A stretch of DNA of 64,000 bases, taken from NCBI RefSeq assembly GCF_018977255.1, contig NW_024704742.1, forward strand, positions 85,376,001 through 85,440,000. Reading direction: 5' to 3'. The position numbers were made by a program, and so were the translations under genes. Below are positions 22,863-35,284 of the stretch, in pieces. Source of the DNA: Callorhinchus milii (lineage: Eukaryota). The notes under the pieces were generated by a model, which had not been told where the DNA came from, did no database searches, and was given only the letters and a program-made list of their open reading frames with translations. Within the stretch, counting starts at the first letter, position 1; every line of letters begins with the position of its first letter.

Positions 22863-24310
22863 TCAGAGGAAAAAGGCAGCAGCATTGAACTAAATGTCCG
22901 GCGGAAACTGCTGAAAAATTAACCTTGTAGAAAAATACATTTTATTTATCATTAAAACACGGATTTACTGGAATACAAAAGATTAATGTATTCTCATTTA
23001 TACACTTCACAGACCAACATTGACTGGTTGGATTCTCTCCTTCATCATCCATGCCCACCCCCCCACCCCAACTGTGTGCTGGATTCCTCGCCACACACTA
23101 TAATGGCGTCCCAGTCTCAGCTGGATGGTGGTAAGATTTCCAGGTGCCTGGCCTGTGAGTGGAGACAAGACAGTGATGCCTTAAGAGCTGACCTCCCAAA
23201 GTGTCCAAAGGACTACAAAAAATTTCCACACGGAAAAGAACTATTAAAGAGAAAGTACCAATTTTCATAAGAGAGGCCATGAATTTTTACAAATAGTTTT
23301 TAAACAGTTTATAAAAAGGTATAGGCCAGTATCCAACCCCGATCTCTAGGTTGATTACACAAGGTTTCCAGTCTGAGTTTGTGCTAAAACTACAAGTTGA
23401 TTAATTGGGACTTTTTTAAGAATGATCAAATTATACGGAATGCATTGGTATCTTGACAAAATGTGATCAGAAAATTGATCAAAATGTATGAATTTAGATT
23501 ACCATTTCTTCCTTTTAGGGTATTTCTAAAATGTTAGGTATTCAGAAAAAACCTTGACAGATCGAATTATGTCAAACTTTTGAGCTTGTGTATACAAAAT
23601 GACTCTTCATTTACATGTTAATTGTATACTTTAATTTGTTGGTAACAAAACAGAAGAAATAAGGAATTAAAGATTAACAGTAATTATATCAAAGAATGTA
23701 TATTTAACAACAACATCAGTTTGCATTTATATAGACTTGTCACATCGGGAGGACGTCCCGTTGGTTTGGAATTAAGAGAGGGGTGGAGAGCAAGGGGGGT
23801 GGGAGTGGGAAGATGACTGAAAACACAGTCAATGAATCAGGTCTTGAGATGCATCTAGAAGGAGGCAAGGGAGGGTGCAAGGCAGAGGGACTCCGGAATG
23901 GAGTTCCAGAGGGTGGGGCCAGAAAGACTAAAGGCCTGACCCTTGGGAATGTGGAGCAGGCCAGTGCTCACTGAGCAGAGGGAACCTTTAAATCCCCCAA
24001 CTTAATATGGCTCATTCACTCCAAGGCTGTTTGTGGGATATTGCTGTGTGCAAATTGTCCCTATTTTCACCAGATGTAGACATTCTTTCGAGAAGGATTT
24101 GTTGTCAGTCTTCAAGCACTTGATACATTCCACGAAAGTACTGAATATTAACTTGGTATGAAGATTTTTTAAAATCCTGTGATCATTCTGCTGTTTCCGA
24201 TTGCTGTGCAGATGTTTTCTTTGTTTCTCCCAATCCAAAGATAAAACACGCGATATTTAGTGTGTGTGTATCTCGCCATTTCTCAAGATTTGTCAATCTG
24301 TTAGAGAATG

Positions 24311-24439
24311 TTAATTGTCATTCAAAATCCTAGTCTGTACTGATGTGGGAACCTTCAGATTTTCCAGATACCACAAAGATGCGAGTCTGCATGCGTAAAC
24401 GACAAAGCCCCAGGAGAGGAGGACAATGGCCAGTAATAT
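24311..24439 (-). CDS. SMIM27: SMIM27 coding exon 2 (TM segment)
   Basis: 42 codons plus TAA; hydrophobic ILLAIVLLSWGFVVYA. Confidence 0.85.
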   Translation of the reverse strand: MLLAIVLLSWGFVVYACRLASLWYLENLKVPTSVQTRILNDN

Positions 24440-25923
24440 CTGTTCAGGAAACAAAGACACATCAAGGTAAATGATAGAACCAGTGAATAACTTCATCAAA
24501 GCCTGCTAACTGTACCTATAGTGTTACCCCTACTTTAATAATTGCAAATAGGCTGTCTTTTTTAATTATTACATTTTATCATACAGTGTGCCATGTGCGA
24601 CATTACACCTGTGTGGATCATTAATCAGACTATTTATGGGTAGCACATTGCCATTTCACTTCTGGCTTGAATCCAGACCTGACTGAAAAGTCTTCTCTGT
24701 CTGTCTCCTAACTAAAATAAAATTGTGTAACAATCTTTGTAGTTGCGGATCCACTGCTAAGAACTCCTTGACTGAAACTCTGCGGCTATTCTTCACTAAC
24801 TTTGTTTCACTTACAGCCCAGCTCCCTGATGAAGTCATGGCTCATCATCGGCACCAACTATTCGGAGGCTGGAAACAAACTGAGCAGCTGATCACAGGGC
24901 CAATCAGCAAAGCACCCAAACTCACCTCTGGCTTCCAGACAGGTAGCATTGCTGGGGACGCCTACTGCATTCAACTGCTAAGTAATTTATCTCTCAATCC
25001 AGGCTGCAGACTACATCACTCTGTCCAGTCAAGGAGTGTTAAACAGCTCACTGCGCGGCCTGTTATAGTAAGTACAATTTGCTAAGTACAGCCATAAAAA
25101 GACCTTTTAACTCAATTGCTGTCCAATGTCAGAAGGTATGATCATCAGCTAAACATTTTAAGCAACAATAACAGGAAAGAAAGAACTTTCATTTTTATAT
25201 TGTTTGAGTGCTTTGCAATTACTGTATTTAATAATAATGCTTGATATAATATTTGATATAATAATCCTTTTGCATTTGATATAGCGCTTTTCATGTCTTC
25301 TCGACGTCTCAGAGCGCTTCACAGAATAGACTGCAAAGTGAATTGACCGTATATTTGTGGGCGAAACGCGGCAGCCAATTGCGCGCAGCAGACATAGCGC
25401 CTTATCACGCCTTCGAGACGTCTCAAAGCTCTTCGCAGAATATATTGTAAAGTGGATTGAGCGCATATCGTGTAGGCAAATATGTTAACGATTTCACACA
25501 GCGCGATCCCACCACAGCGACGTCTGTCAGGACATCAGAAGAAACCCTCTACTCTTTTTTCCAATAGTCAGGCCATCTTTAACGTCCGCCAAAGGAAGTG
25601 GTCTCACCTCCTCCCGCAAAATGAGGTGCTCCCCCCCCTCCCTCCCCCCCCCAGCACCGCAGTCCCGCCTGCCTGCCTGCACAGGGGGAAGGTTAAAGAT
25701 AATGTGTCGCTCCCGGGGTCCCTGGAGAACGACCCCCCCAACCCCCAAAAATTGGGTCACTCAGTCCACGGCTGTTTGTGGGACACGGCTGTGCGCACAC
25801 TGTGCGGTAGGTTTTCCCGCAGGTGTGGCGGCGGCTGTGCTGCACGTGACTCCCGCTGCCTCCCCTCTGCCGCCCACTCACCAGACTGTACACGCGGTCC
25901 AGCGCGCGTCTGCTCACGTACAT
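24311..25923 (-). CDS. SMIM27: Small integral membrane protein 27 orthologue, complement(join(24311..24439,25882..25923)), 56 aa
   Basis: MYVSRRALDRVYSL|ILLAIVLLSWGFVVYACRLASLWYLENLKVPTSVQTRILNDN*. Resembles human SMIM27 as recalled (MKPVSRRTLDWIYSVLLLAIVLISWGCIIYA...). Canonical CTG|gtgagt donor and ttcctgaacag| acceptor; syntenic position head-to-head with TOPORS. Confidence 0.88.
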
Positions 25924-26500
25924 TATGTCGGTTCCATTCACTATGGCAACCGGACAGGACCGGCGGCACAACGGTCAGGGCGGCGGTCTTCCAGTATCCC
26001 GGCGGTCTTTGCGTGCCAGGCTTTCCCGTCCATTTCCAAGGCAACATAGAGGGGCGGGGCGAGCCGGGGAGGGGAGGGGCCATGGACCGGAACTGCATCA
26101 CTAAATTACGCCTTCCTGTATCCCAGAGGCTGCCGGGATTGCTGCAGCTGCTTGGCGGGCTGGTCCTCCAGTATCCCGGAGGGCAGTGCGGCGCCGTCAC
26201 CCACCGTGCCTGTGTGATGGTGTAAACAGCCTCACAGCGGCGCAGGCAGGGGCCGGCCTCAGGCTCAGGCCTCAGCCTCAGGCCTGTCACAGGGGCGTGT
26301 GGACACTGAGTCAGGCAGTCACGTAGTTCACCAGCCGGGACGAGGCTGCAGTTGGCCGGAGCGGCGGCAACTCTCTCTGGAGCGTGTGATGCGTGAAGTT
26401 GGCGGCCGAGCAGGTGCCGGAGTGAGCGGCCCCGGAGGCTGCAGGTGAGAGGCCCAGAGCCCAGGCAGAGGGCGGGGTCGGGTTGCAAACTCCGCTACAG
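25780..26500. promoter_or_regulatory. CpG-island bidirectional promoter for SMIM27/TOPORS
   Basis: Dense CpG and GC; GC box GGGGCGGGGC at 26051-26060; three ZNF143-like and two X-box-like motifs; candidate TOPORS first-exon donor CAG|gtgaga at 26445. Confidence 0.75.
25882..25923 (-). CDS. SMIM27: SMIM27 coding exon 1
   Basis: ATG (cat at 25921-25923), 14 codons, gtgagt donor. Confidence 0.85.
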
Positions 26501-26514
26501 CCACAGCTACAACA

Positions 26515-26822
26515 TCAGCATTTTTTGTTGGTCAGTCCGGTGTCTGCCACGTGCCGACACCCGTCACCATCCTGAACAGTACCCAACCCGAGCTGAGGTT
26601 TCCATGTGTCCCACCTACACATGGGAATCCCAGAGAGAGATTGTTGGAATGGGATGTGCGCTCTCTCCCTGGAGGGACACATCCTGTTTACCTAATTCCA
26701 GATAGTATTAGGCGCAGGTTGGCAAGAGCCAAGGCTTGGGGACCCGGAGTGTGCGTTGGGTACTGCTGGAGTCTAACCGGCTAAAGCCATTGCTTGCCAT
26801 TGATATCGCTGTCCGGCAAATT
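26515..26822 (-). mobile_element. 3'-UTR copy of the CCHC non-LTR family at the edge of the TOPORS CpG island
   Basis: Reverse complement of 5680-5957; A-rich tail; possible TSD acagct (26503-26508 and 26823-26828). Confidence 0.8.
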
Positions 26823-29579
26823 ACAGCTTCAGTACAACCATAGATGAGCCTTCAGTCACTGACTCAAACACACCCTGACAAGCTGATGAGCTCAGCGCAG
26901 TCAGCAGCGCTCTCACTTCTGAGTCGGAGGGATACCCCCCAGGTCGGGACTTCGAATCACACAGTATAGGCTCAGTCCAACAACCACCACCACAAACAAG
27001 CAACAAATTGCATTTGAGCTGGGGGTTGGATTCAAGAGGGGTGGACAGCAAGGTGGGTTGAGGAGAGCGGATGACTGAAGGCACAATCAAATCATGGTCA
27101 CGGTCTTGAGATGAGCCTTAAAGGAGGCAAGGGAGAGGGCAAGGTGAAGGGAATGTGGGATGGAGTTCCAGGTAGGCAGGATGTGTCACTTCAGGAGCCA
27201 GTCATCATATTATGTTGCGGTCAATGTTCTGATCCATGTGATATTAATCACGTAAGTGGCTAGAGCACCAAAATTGGAATTTGTGGCCTTCATGTGCTGG
27301 TTAGTCGGATACTGGCTTTTTAGAAAAATCAAAAAGCAGATACCCAGCTAACCTACAATAAATGTAGGCCGAACAGTGGAAGGGTCAAAAGTCCAATGCT
27401 GTGATCTCGGCTTTTCTGACTTCAACGCTGAGAAAATCACATGAACTACATTATCTAACGATGAACCTGCCCAGGTTCTCAGCTCCAGGGACCAAGTATC
27501 ACATAAACATTTAATAGATAAATGTGACTGAGCTCTTGAGTTGTACAACTACATCAATGCAGTAAATCGTGTGAAACACTTTGAGACTTTAACAAATTGA
27601 TAAGGATTGTTATATTTATTTAGGTTCATTACATGTATCGATCAAATAGAGTCTCTTGGTCCTAACCTCTCATTTGGTGAATACTCACTTTTATGTATGG
27701 GTGCTGAGAGATGCGGTGTCCGGTCTCCACCATATCTAGGTTTTTTCACACCACCTTGCAATGACGTTCTGGCTGCAGCATTGAGTAGTTTAATTATACC
27801 TAAGAAAGGAAAAACCTACAGAGAAACTTAAAACTGTCTCCAAGACAAGTTTTCAGAGACACCCACAAGACTTGACCAGAAAGTGTGGCTTCTTTGTTGA
27901 GTGATTTACGACAAGCTGGAAACTGTGATCCCCAGTCTCTTCACTTTAATATTGATAATGCTGGGAAGAGTTCAAAATACTGGAGTAAACGTCTTGAAAA
28001 AAAATCTTGAGATGAAGAAAAGTTCTCAATGTAAAAGGAAATTCCCTTAAAACAATTATTTTTTTCCCTTCCCTCCCGCTCCCTCCCTTCCCTCCCCTGC
28101 TCGGGTCCCGACCCAACTGTCCAGTGCCTTGGGATGTCCTCCAGACATGAAAGGCGCTCTATAAATGCAACCTTGTTGTTGTATTTTGTATCTACAGCAA
28201 GGATAATGTAGTCTTTCAAGGTCTGAACAACAATCCTCTCCATGAAGAGAGTGTTGCTTCAGACTGGCAGTCTTGTACACTGTGTGGCAATGTAAAAAGG
28301 TTGCATTTAATCTGAAGGTTACATTTTACACTGACATAACTTCCTATATGCTGCGTGCTATAAGCACCTTTTGTGTCACTTCCCATATGCTTGTGAACTG
28401 CAGAGGAAGAACTATTAATGCCATCTCCAATGCACTGTTGCCTTGCAACTCGCCAGAAGCCAGTGCCAGATGTTGCCGTACTTAACATAACCTGACTACG
28501 CTATGAAAAGATTTGGGCTAAATGGACCTTGTGTTATATTGGGGCGCGTAATACTTGCATCCTTCATCTTGATGAACACACAATTAGAAGAGGGGAAAGT
28601 TGGTTCAGATGCACCTGCATTATTATGGTGTTTGTAATGGATCTGTAATGTCCTGAGCTTTTAGTGTAACAGGTAGTGCAGATGGATCACATAACACCGG
28701 AGGCAGCAACAACAACAACGTGCATTTATATTGTGCCTTTCATACGAGGTAGGAGCCAAGGAGAGGGAGGTGACCATAGGCGCGGTCAAAGAGGAAGGTC
28801 TTCTGGTGTGCGCTGAAGAAGGGCAAGGCAGCGGGAATAAGGGAGGAAGTCCTGGAGTTTTGGGGTATAGTGACTGATGATGGAGCAGGGTGGGGTGGGT
28901 GCACATTCATGATCCCAGGACAGGGATCCAAAGACAGCAGGGCTTGAAAAATATTGTCAGCTAGTCATGGCCAACTGGAAGTTAAGCAGCAAGAGGCAAC
29001 ATCTCCTTTGCTGCTTCCAAGGCCGTTGTGACCAGGAGCGCAGAGGAAATTACCCTTTGAGTCAATTGCTGGTGCCTTTGGTAGGTACATCGTCCTTCAC
29101 TTCATAGGACAAATGCAGCTTCAGAGAAACTGAACTTTCTGTGGCCTATAGAAAATCCGAGCTCAGGATCCCAAGGGATTTTAAGGGATATCAAGAAAAG
29201 GTAGGAAAATGGATTAGGGAGTTGCCATAAACTTAATGGCAGGGCAGACCTGATACATGGGATGGCATACTACTACTCCTGTTCAAAGTCACCACTAAGC
29301 AGCGGTTAGAATCACAGCACTAGCAACACAGGCCATTCGGTCCAGATAGTCAGTGCCAATGTTAATACTCCACCTGAGCCTTCACCAATTCTAATGCCCT
29401 TTTCCCTTCTCTCTCATCACTACATTGATTTCTCTTAAATACATTGATGGTTTTTAAATAGTTTATGGTGCACTAAATTACTGAAGTGATATACGTACAA
29501 CAACAACAACAACAACAAGATTCCATTTATAAAGCGCCTTTCACGTCAGGAGGACGTCCCAAGGCGCTGAACGTAGTTA

Positions 29580-29990
29580 ATTCCTGCATTTGATATAGGA
29601 CCTTATGATGTCAAAACGTCTCAAAGTGTTTCACAGGATTTATTGTATAGTGTAATTTATAGGCAAACCCAGCAACAGATTTGTACAAGCAATGTTCCAC
29701 AAACAGCCATAAGGTAATTACCCATTTTATTTATAAACGGATTTATTGGCCAGGATACTGGGAGAAATTTCCTTACCTTTTTGAATAGTGTCATGGGATC
29801 TTTAACGTCCACCTGAACAGGTAGTCGTGACCTTGGTTTAACATCTCAAAGTACCTACAACAATGCAATATACCCCCTTTGCTACATTGGAATGTCAACC
29901 TGGATTATGAGTTCAAAGTCCCAATGTGGGACTTGAGCCCACAACCTTCTGCCTCAGAGGCGAGAGTGCTACCAACTGAGCCAAGTTGAT
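29580..29990 (-). mobile_element. Deu-domain SINE (preceded by a young L2 tail at 29497-29570)
   Basis: catgggatctttaacgtccacctgaacag...gcgagagtgctaccaactgagcca. Confidence 0.75.
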
Positions 29991-30913
29991 ACCTGTGGTA
30001 GAATGGGCAGGTTTAGGAACGCCTCTTTCCAGATTCCCTTATTTAAATATTTCACCCAAAGTACAGATTGGCTTTCGTGCACTTCACTTGGACAAAGTGA
30101 CCTTGCCAATTTTCATCTGGGCCCGAGATCTCTTACCAATGTCTTCTCTCTGTGAGAATTTGCTGCTTGAGTTTCTCAGAGGAATGTACAGTATTCAGAA
30201 ACCAAATTGAAATCAGAATCTTGAAGCTTGATGGGTGGAGAGGTACCAAAAAGACCCTGAAACTAGCCACAACATTGTTCTATCAGGGTCAGTTTAGAAA
30301 CTTCCTCAGGCTGCTCAGAGGCTGTTTATCCTCTGCTGGCTTGACAAGGTGCCCAGGTGGGCTGTGAGTTTAAGAGAGTTTAAAACCGTGTCCTCTCCTG
30401 TGTCAGAAAAGGTATCAAGTGCTGCATTTTAAACTTGATTTAAAATATTTTGTAACGCACCATAAATTACATATTTCTTTTTACAGAATTATATCGTGGA
30501 TTGTGAATTTTGCAAACTGAATACAAGGTACAGTATTTTTTTGTTCTATGATGTTGTTGGTGTGAATTCAGTCTGAGAACCGCGGTTGTATTACAGTGCT
30601 TCAGAATTTTTCAAATTCAAATCCTATTTCCTGAAGGGCCGTGATGACTTCATATTTTGGCTCATTGTTCCTAATACCATACTCAATAACATTGCCGGGT
30701 GCTTTATTTCTGTTCAAAATTTGGGCTTCTCTGTCCTTGGGTAGGGAGGGTGGGCTGGGGAAGGAAGAAAATATGAAAAGCTTTACTGTGTGTAAGCTGA
30801 ATAAGTATCCGAGTCATAAGTGTAGAGCTTTCATTCTGCTTCTGTTGTGTGATCGGACAAAAAAGGTGAAGAATATCAGAGGAATATCAGCCACCTGTAT
30901 ATGACCAGAACTA

Positions 30914-31014
30914 CAGTGGAAGCCGCTTTAGCCGGACCCAGGTTAACCCTGGACGCGAGGTAAATCTGACAAAACGGTTGTCCCTAATGTGTCCAGCTTA
31001 AACGGCTTCCACTG
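30914..31014. mobile_element. 101-bp MITE with CAGTGGAAGCCG TIRs (pogo/Tigger-like)
   Basis: TA|cagtggaagccgctttagccggac ... gtccagcttaaacggcttccactg; a further end at 52955-52986. Confidence 0.7.
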
Positions 31015-32069
31015 TTATATAGTCTATGTCGCTGAAGTGAATCTAGACACCAGGTTTGTGCGATGAGAACATTCACGAACAGTGACACATCTTTGACATG
31101 TTCAGATATCCAACGATGTGAGTTCAAGAGTAGTCATCCTCATGACCTCTGCCCTCTTGCTCCGTACTGTATGCAAGTGAGATTTGTGAACCCAATGGCA
31201 AAGCTTTTTTTTTNGCCTTTGCTGGATGGAGTAGGTTGCTCCTGAGTAGTTTATCCTTTTAAAGAGTAAAAAAATGGTGTTGAGTCTGTTTTTAAAACTC
31301 AAAAGATTGCTGGAAAGAAGTTGAATACAAACATTGATGGTCTTTCATACATATTCTCACACAGACTCTGCATTGTGGAGGTTAGTGTCCCTCATATAAA
31401 GAGAAGGGAGTTTCTCCCGGTGGCCTGGCCAACAATCCCCCAAATAAAATTTGTCATTCACTCCATGACAATTTGTGGGACATTGCTAAGCTCAAATCGC
31501 CTGCCACTTTCGCCCACGAATGGCACAGTCACTGCAGTTAAATCCTACAAAGAGCTTTGGGAAATCCTTCTGACGCGAAACGAGCTATACCGAATGTAAG
31601 AACTATTATTATTTTATTATACAAGAGGTGTGCAAATGGTAAAATCATTGCATATATTGCTCAATGAGGTTTTGCATTGCTGTATGAATGCATGCATGCT
31701 GGGACAGAACAAGGACAGCAGCAAAACAGCCATAACTGGTTCAAGAGAAGTCTGAAGATGATAGGAGGCCTTGCTTTTGACCCTGGCATTTTCTCCCATT
31801 TGCTCGCTGCTGTCATGCTTTCTAGGACTGTATTTGCTATATACATTGCTGGCGTCCGTGACTGTCACAAGATTACATAATTTGTGACGAGAGCTCTGAA
31901 TGACCATTTTATTTGGGGAAAAGGTAGATGGGATCTCAGTTTAACGTTTCATCAGAATAATGACCACTCCGCTGTAGTGGAGGGTACTCTCGACTATATC
32001 AGCTTAATCCCACAACCTCTGACTTGGGGGTAACAGTGCTATCAACTGAGCCAGTCTGACACTCGGTTA

Positions 32070-32850
32070 CTGACAGAAGTCAAGGAGAATCTTGGTCTTG
32101 TCAACATTGAGTTGTAGAAAGTTAGCATTTCCAAGACTTGGTATCTGATAGTCAGTTGGATAGAACAGCAGTGGTCCTGGAGTCGAGGGTAGAGGCATAG
32201 AGATAGAGTTGAGTGGACCCTTGCCTCTGCAACTTGTTACCAAGGGGGAGCATATATAATACAAATTGACATTTATATAGCACCTTTCACATCGGGAGGA
32301 AATCCCAAGGCAGATAACAATCCTGGCTTGGCACCTGATCTGGGAGTGGGAGCCAAGGGTAGATTGAAGGGGAAAGATGACTGAAAGTGCAGTCCGAGAG
32401 GTAGATCTTTAGTCAGACTTTGAATGAAGTGAGGGAGGTGTGTGTGTGTGTATGTATGTGTGAGTATATGTGTGGTCCGTATAAGAGGAGATGCCTGAGG
32501 CATAGAGTCCTGAGGAACACGTGTTGACTTCGGGGGCGGGGGGGGGGGGGGGGCTGAGATGGGTAAAGGTCAAGCCAGAAAGGACAGGCATGGAAGGAGA
32601 AAATGAGGAGAAATGGTGGAGAAGGATACAGTAGTGGATGCTATCGAAGGCAACAGAGAGATTGAAGCGGCAAAGGAAGCTTTGGTGGCAGGAGGAGAGA
32701 ACATCATTGATCAGAGCAGTCTCGGTGCTGTGGGCAGATTGAAGGGGCTTGTAGAACGAATATTCGGAGAGGATCGAGTGAAGTGGGGAGGTGACGACTT
32801 GTTCCAGCTCATTGGAGAAGAAGCACAGGTAAAGTGTTCTCAGGAATTCC
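32070..32850 (-). mobile_element. Degenerate L2 fragments
   Basis: [26 protein letters not shown]. Confidence 0.7.
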
Positions 32851-33043
32851 CCTTGGAGAAAATCCCAGTATGGTAACATTAACCACCAAATGCTTATCGA
32901 AATGAGCAGCACAGTGCGACTTTTGTTGTTGTTATAAAGCTTTGTATCTAAATTTATATTCCTTTGCAGCAAATGTTGAGATTTCTGCAAAAATCTTTTA
33001 ATTTTTTTCTGTTGGTGGAGCACTATCACATTCCAATCACAGG

Positions 33044-33468
33044 TGTCAGCTTAGCTCAGTTGGTATCACTCTAACCTATGAGTTTCAAGGTTGAGGGTTC
33101 AAACCACAAATTGGGATTTGGAATTCATATAGTCTATACTGACACTCCAATCCAATGCTTGGGGTGTACTGCTATTGGAGGTGTCATCCTTCAGATGAGA
33201 CGTTAAACTGTGGTACTTTCTGCCAGGTTGATGTTAAAGATCCCATGGCACTTCTCAAAAAGAAAAGGGAGTTTCTCCCGGTGTCCTGGCCAAAAGTACC
33301 CCAAATAAAATTGGTCACTTACTTCATGGCTGCTTGTAGGACATTGCTGTGCGGCAATTAGCTACTGAGTTCAGACAACCACACCACTTTTCAGTACATC
33401 TTGCGAAGAGCTTTGTGATGTCTCAATGACATGATAAGGTGCTATATCAAATGCAAGGATCATTATTC
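33044..33468 (+). mobile_element. Deu-domain SINE
   Basis: agctcagttggtatcactct head; gatgagacgttaaac...gttaaagatcccatggcact...cccggtgtcctggcca; tail. Confidence 0.8.
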
Positions 33469-34064
33469 CTGACGATGAGTGGTGGTTGCTGACCTCCGCT
33501 CAATGTGGTACTTGAAAGGATTTGCAGACAGCAGGCGTTTAGCTGCATGTAGCTATGTGAGTAACTGGTGGGGAAATGGGGCTCAGAAGAACCAAATGTA
33601 AACAAAGTCCTTTGAGGAACCGCAATCTCCTACACATCGGAAAGTATTGAACGGTACCCTTGCATTGCTTCCTCAATCTTTCTACTGCCTCTGATACCAT
33701 CCACCACTCCATCCTTCATCATCTCCCCCTGCTCCACATGAGATTACTGAAAGTAAATCTGTCTGTGTATTCCAAACTGTACAGTAAGTGAGAGCATCAA
33801 TGTGAAATATTGGTGCTGTTAATGTCATTATAGTGTTAGGCATGTGTACATGTTCAGCTGATCTCTTTAATTTACTTTTTTAGACATAGTTCAACCATTC
33901 TAAGCTTGTTATGATGCACACTCCGTTTTCATATATCTGATAATGCAGCTATTTATCAGTATCAGTGCAGTTTGAGTACAACGGGGGGACTGCTGGGTAC
34001 TTTGATAACTCATATTAAAGCCAAATTAAATCTTATTCCTGATCTTATACACGTGGACACTACA

Positions 34065-34395
34065 GGCAACCTTAGGAAAGCTTCCTTACTCCACACATCT
34101 GTTTACCTAGGAGTAAGTAACAACCCGGGTGTTGGTCAATTGGCGGATCGCTTCTCAGGGGTAATAATTCCTCAAAAAAAATTGGTCACTCAATTCACAA
34201 CTGTTTGTGGCCCACTGCTGAGCGCAATCGGCTGCTGCGTTTTGCTAACAAAACACACAGTCAATTCACTTTACAATAAATTCAGTGAAGCGCTTTGAGA
34301 TGTCTCGAAGATGTGATAAGGCGCAATATCAAATGCAAGAATTATTATTATCTCAACGACATGATAAGGCGTTATATCAAATGCAAAGATTATTA
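34065..34395 (+). mobile_element. tRNA-derived SINE (headless, duplicated tail)
   Basis: ttccttactccacac...gcaagaattattatt plus a second tail. Confidence 0.8.
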
Positions 34396-34897
34396 AGGTA
34401 CATGTGCAAGCTATGATTTTTCTTCCTTGGTTACAAATCTCTGTAAATCCAGAATGCCATCTGCAGTGTCAAAAATCCACTTTAGGTATAGCTGAGGCTG
34501 GCAACCCCCTAATATTGGCTTGGTTTCTGTCAGTATTTTGTTGTTCACATTTATGATGGGATTTTCCTCTGAAGGTGTGGAATGCAGTAACATTGTGTAA
34601 TATTTCCCCACCCACAGTAGTGGTTGAGAATTTGGAAGTTGTTAAGAGAATCATGCAAGTCTGTAAGTGAAAACTGTAGGTTTGAATGGGGGAAAATTGA
34701 GCTATTAGTTTGATTTGTAAAGTTTGTGCTCTTTAAGATGGTCTCATTTCATGCACAGGTGTCCGTATTTGAGAAATACAGTTCAGCCCTTCAGGGTGTT
34801 AGTCAGCTGATGCTGTGCATTCATATTGCAGGGTGAGTCAGCCATTTTTGCAGGACTCTGCATACATTAACGCCTCAAGCAAAAGGGAAATTTGAAA

Positions 34898-35176
34898 CGG
34901 GTAGTGTGGTCCTAGCTGGATAAGCAGCGGGAAAGCTTACCAGATGCAATATCAATAGCAAGCTATGTGGTTTTAGTTGGTTGGACTCCAGCAGTACCCC
35001 AACGATCACTCTGGGGTCCACAAGTCCTCCCGAGGTGAAAGGCGCTTTACAAATGTAATTTTATATTGTATTGCATCCGAGTGTAGGTGGGATGCATGCA
35101 ATTCTCAGTTTGGTTTGGATCCTTTTGAGCATGGCGATGGGGTTTCGCGCATATCAGACACCCGGCTGATCAAAAA
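34898..35176 (+). mobile_element. 3'-UTR copy of the CCHC non-LTR family (with L2 tail insert), ~110 bp upstream of the TOPORS main exon
   Basis: ggtcctagctgga...gcaagctatgtggttttag...cacccggctgatcaaaaa. Confidence 0.75.
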
Positions 35177-35284
35177 TAGGCTATTATGAAATAGGAGTTG
35201 TGATTTTTACACCAGTTTTATAGTAGATCCATATTTTGTATCTGAATCATACACATTGAGGCATTTGCTTGTGCTTTTCAGATA

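Noticed and set aside
25482..26488. Long overlapping ORFs (247 aa +, 243 aa -, 142 aa +)
   Set aside because: GC-rich CpG island plus SINE remnants; no recognisable domain; only the SMIM27 exon has support
31205..31214. Single N after a poly-T run
   Set aside because: Assembly ambiguity, no biological signal
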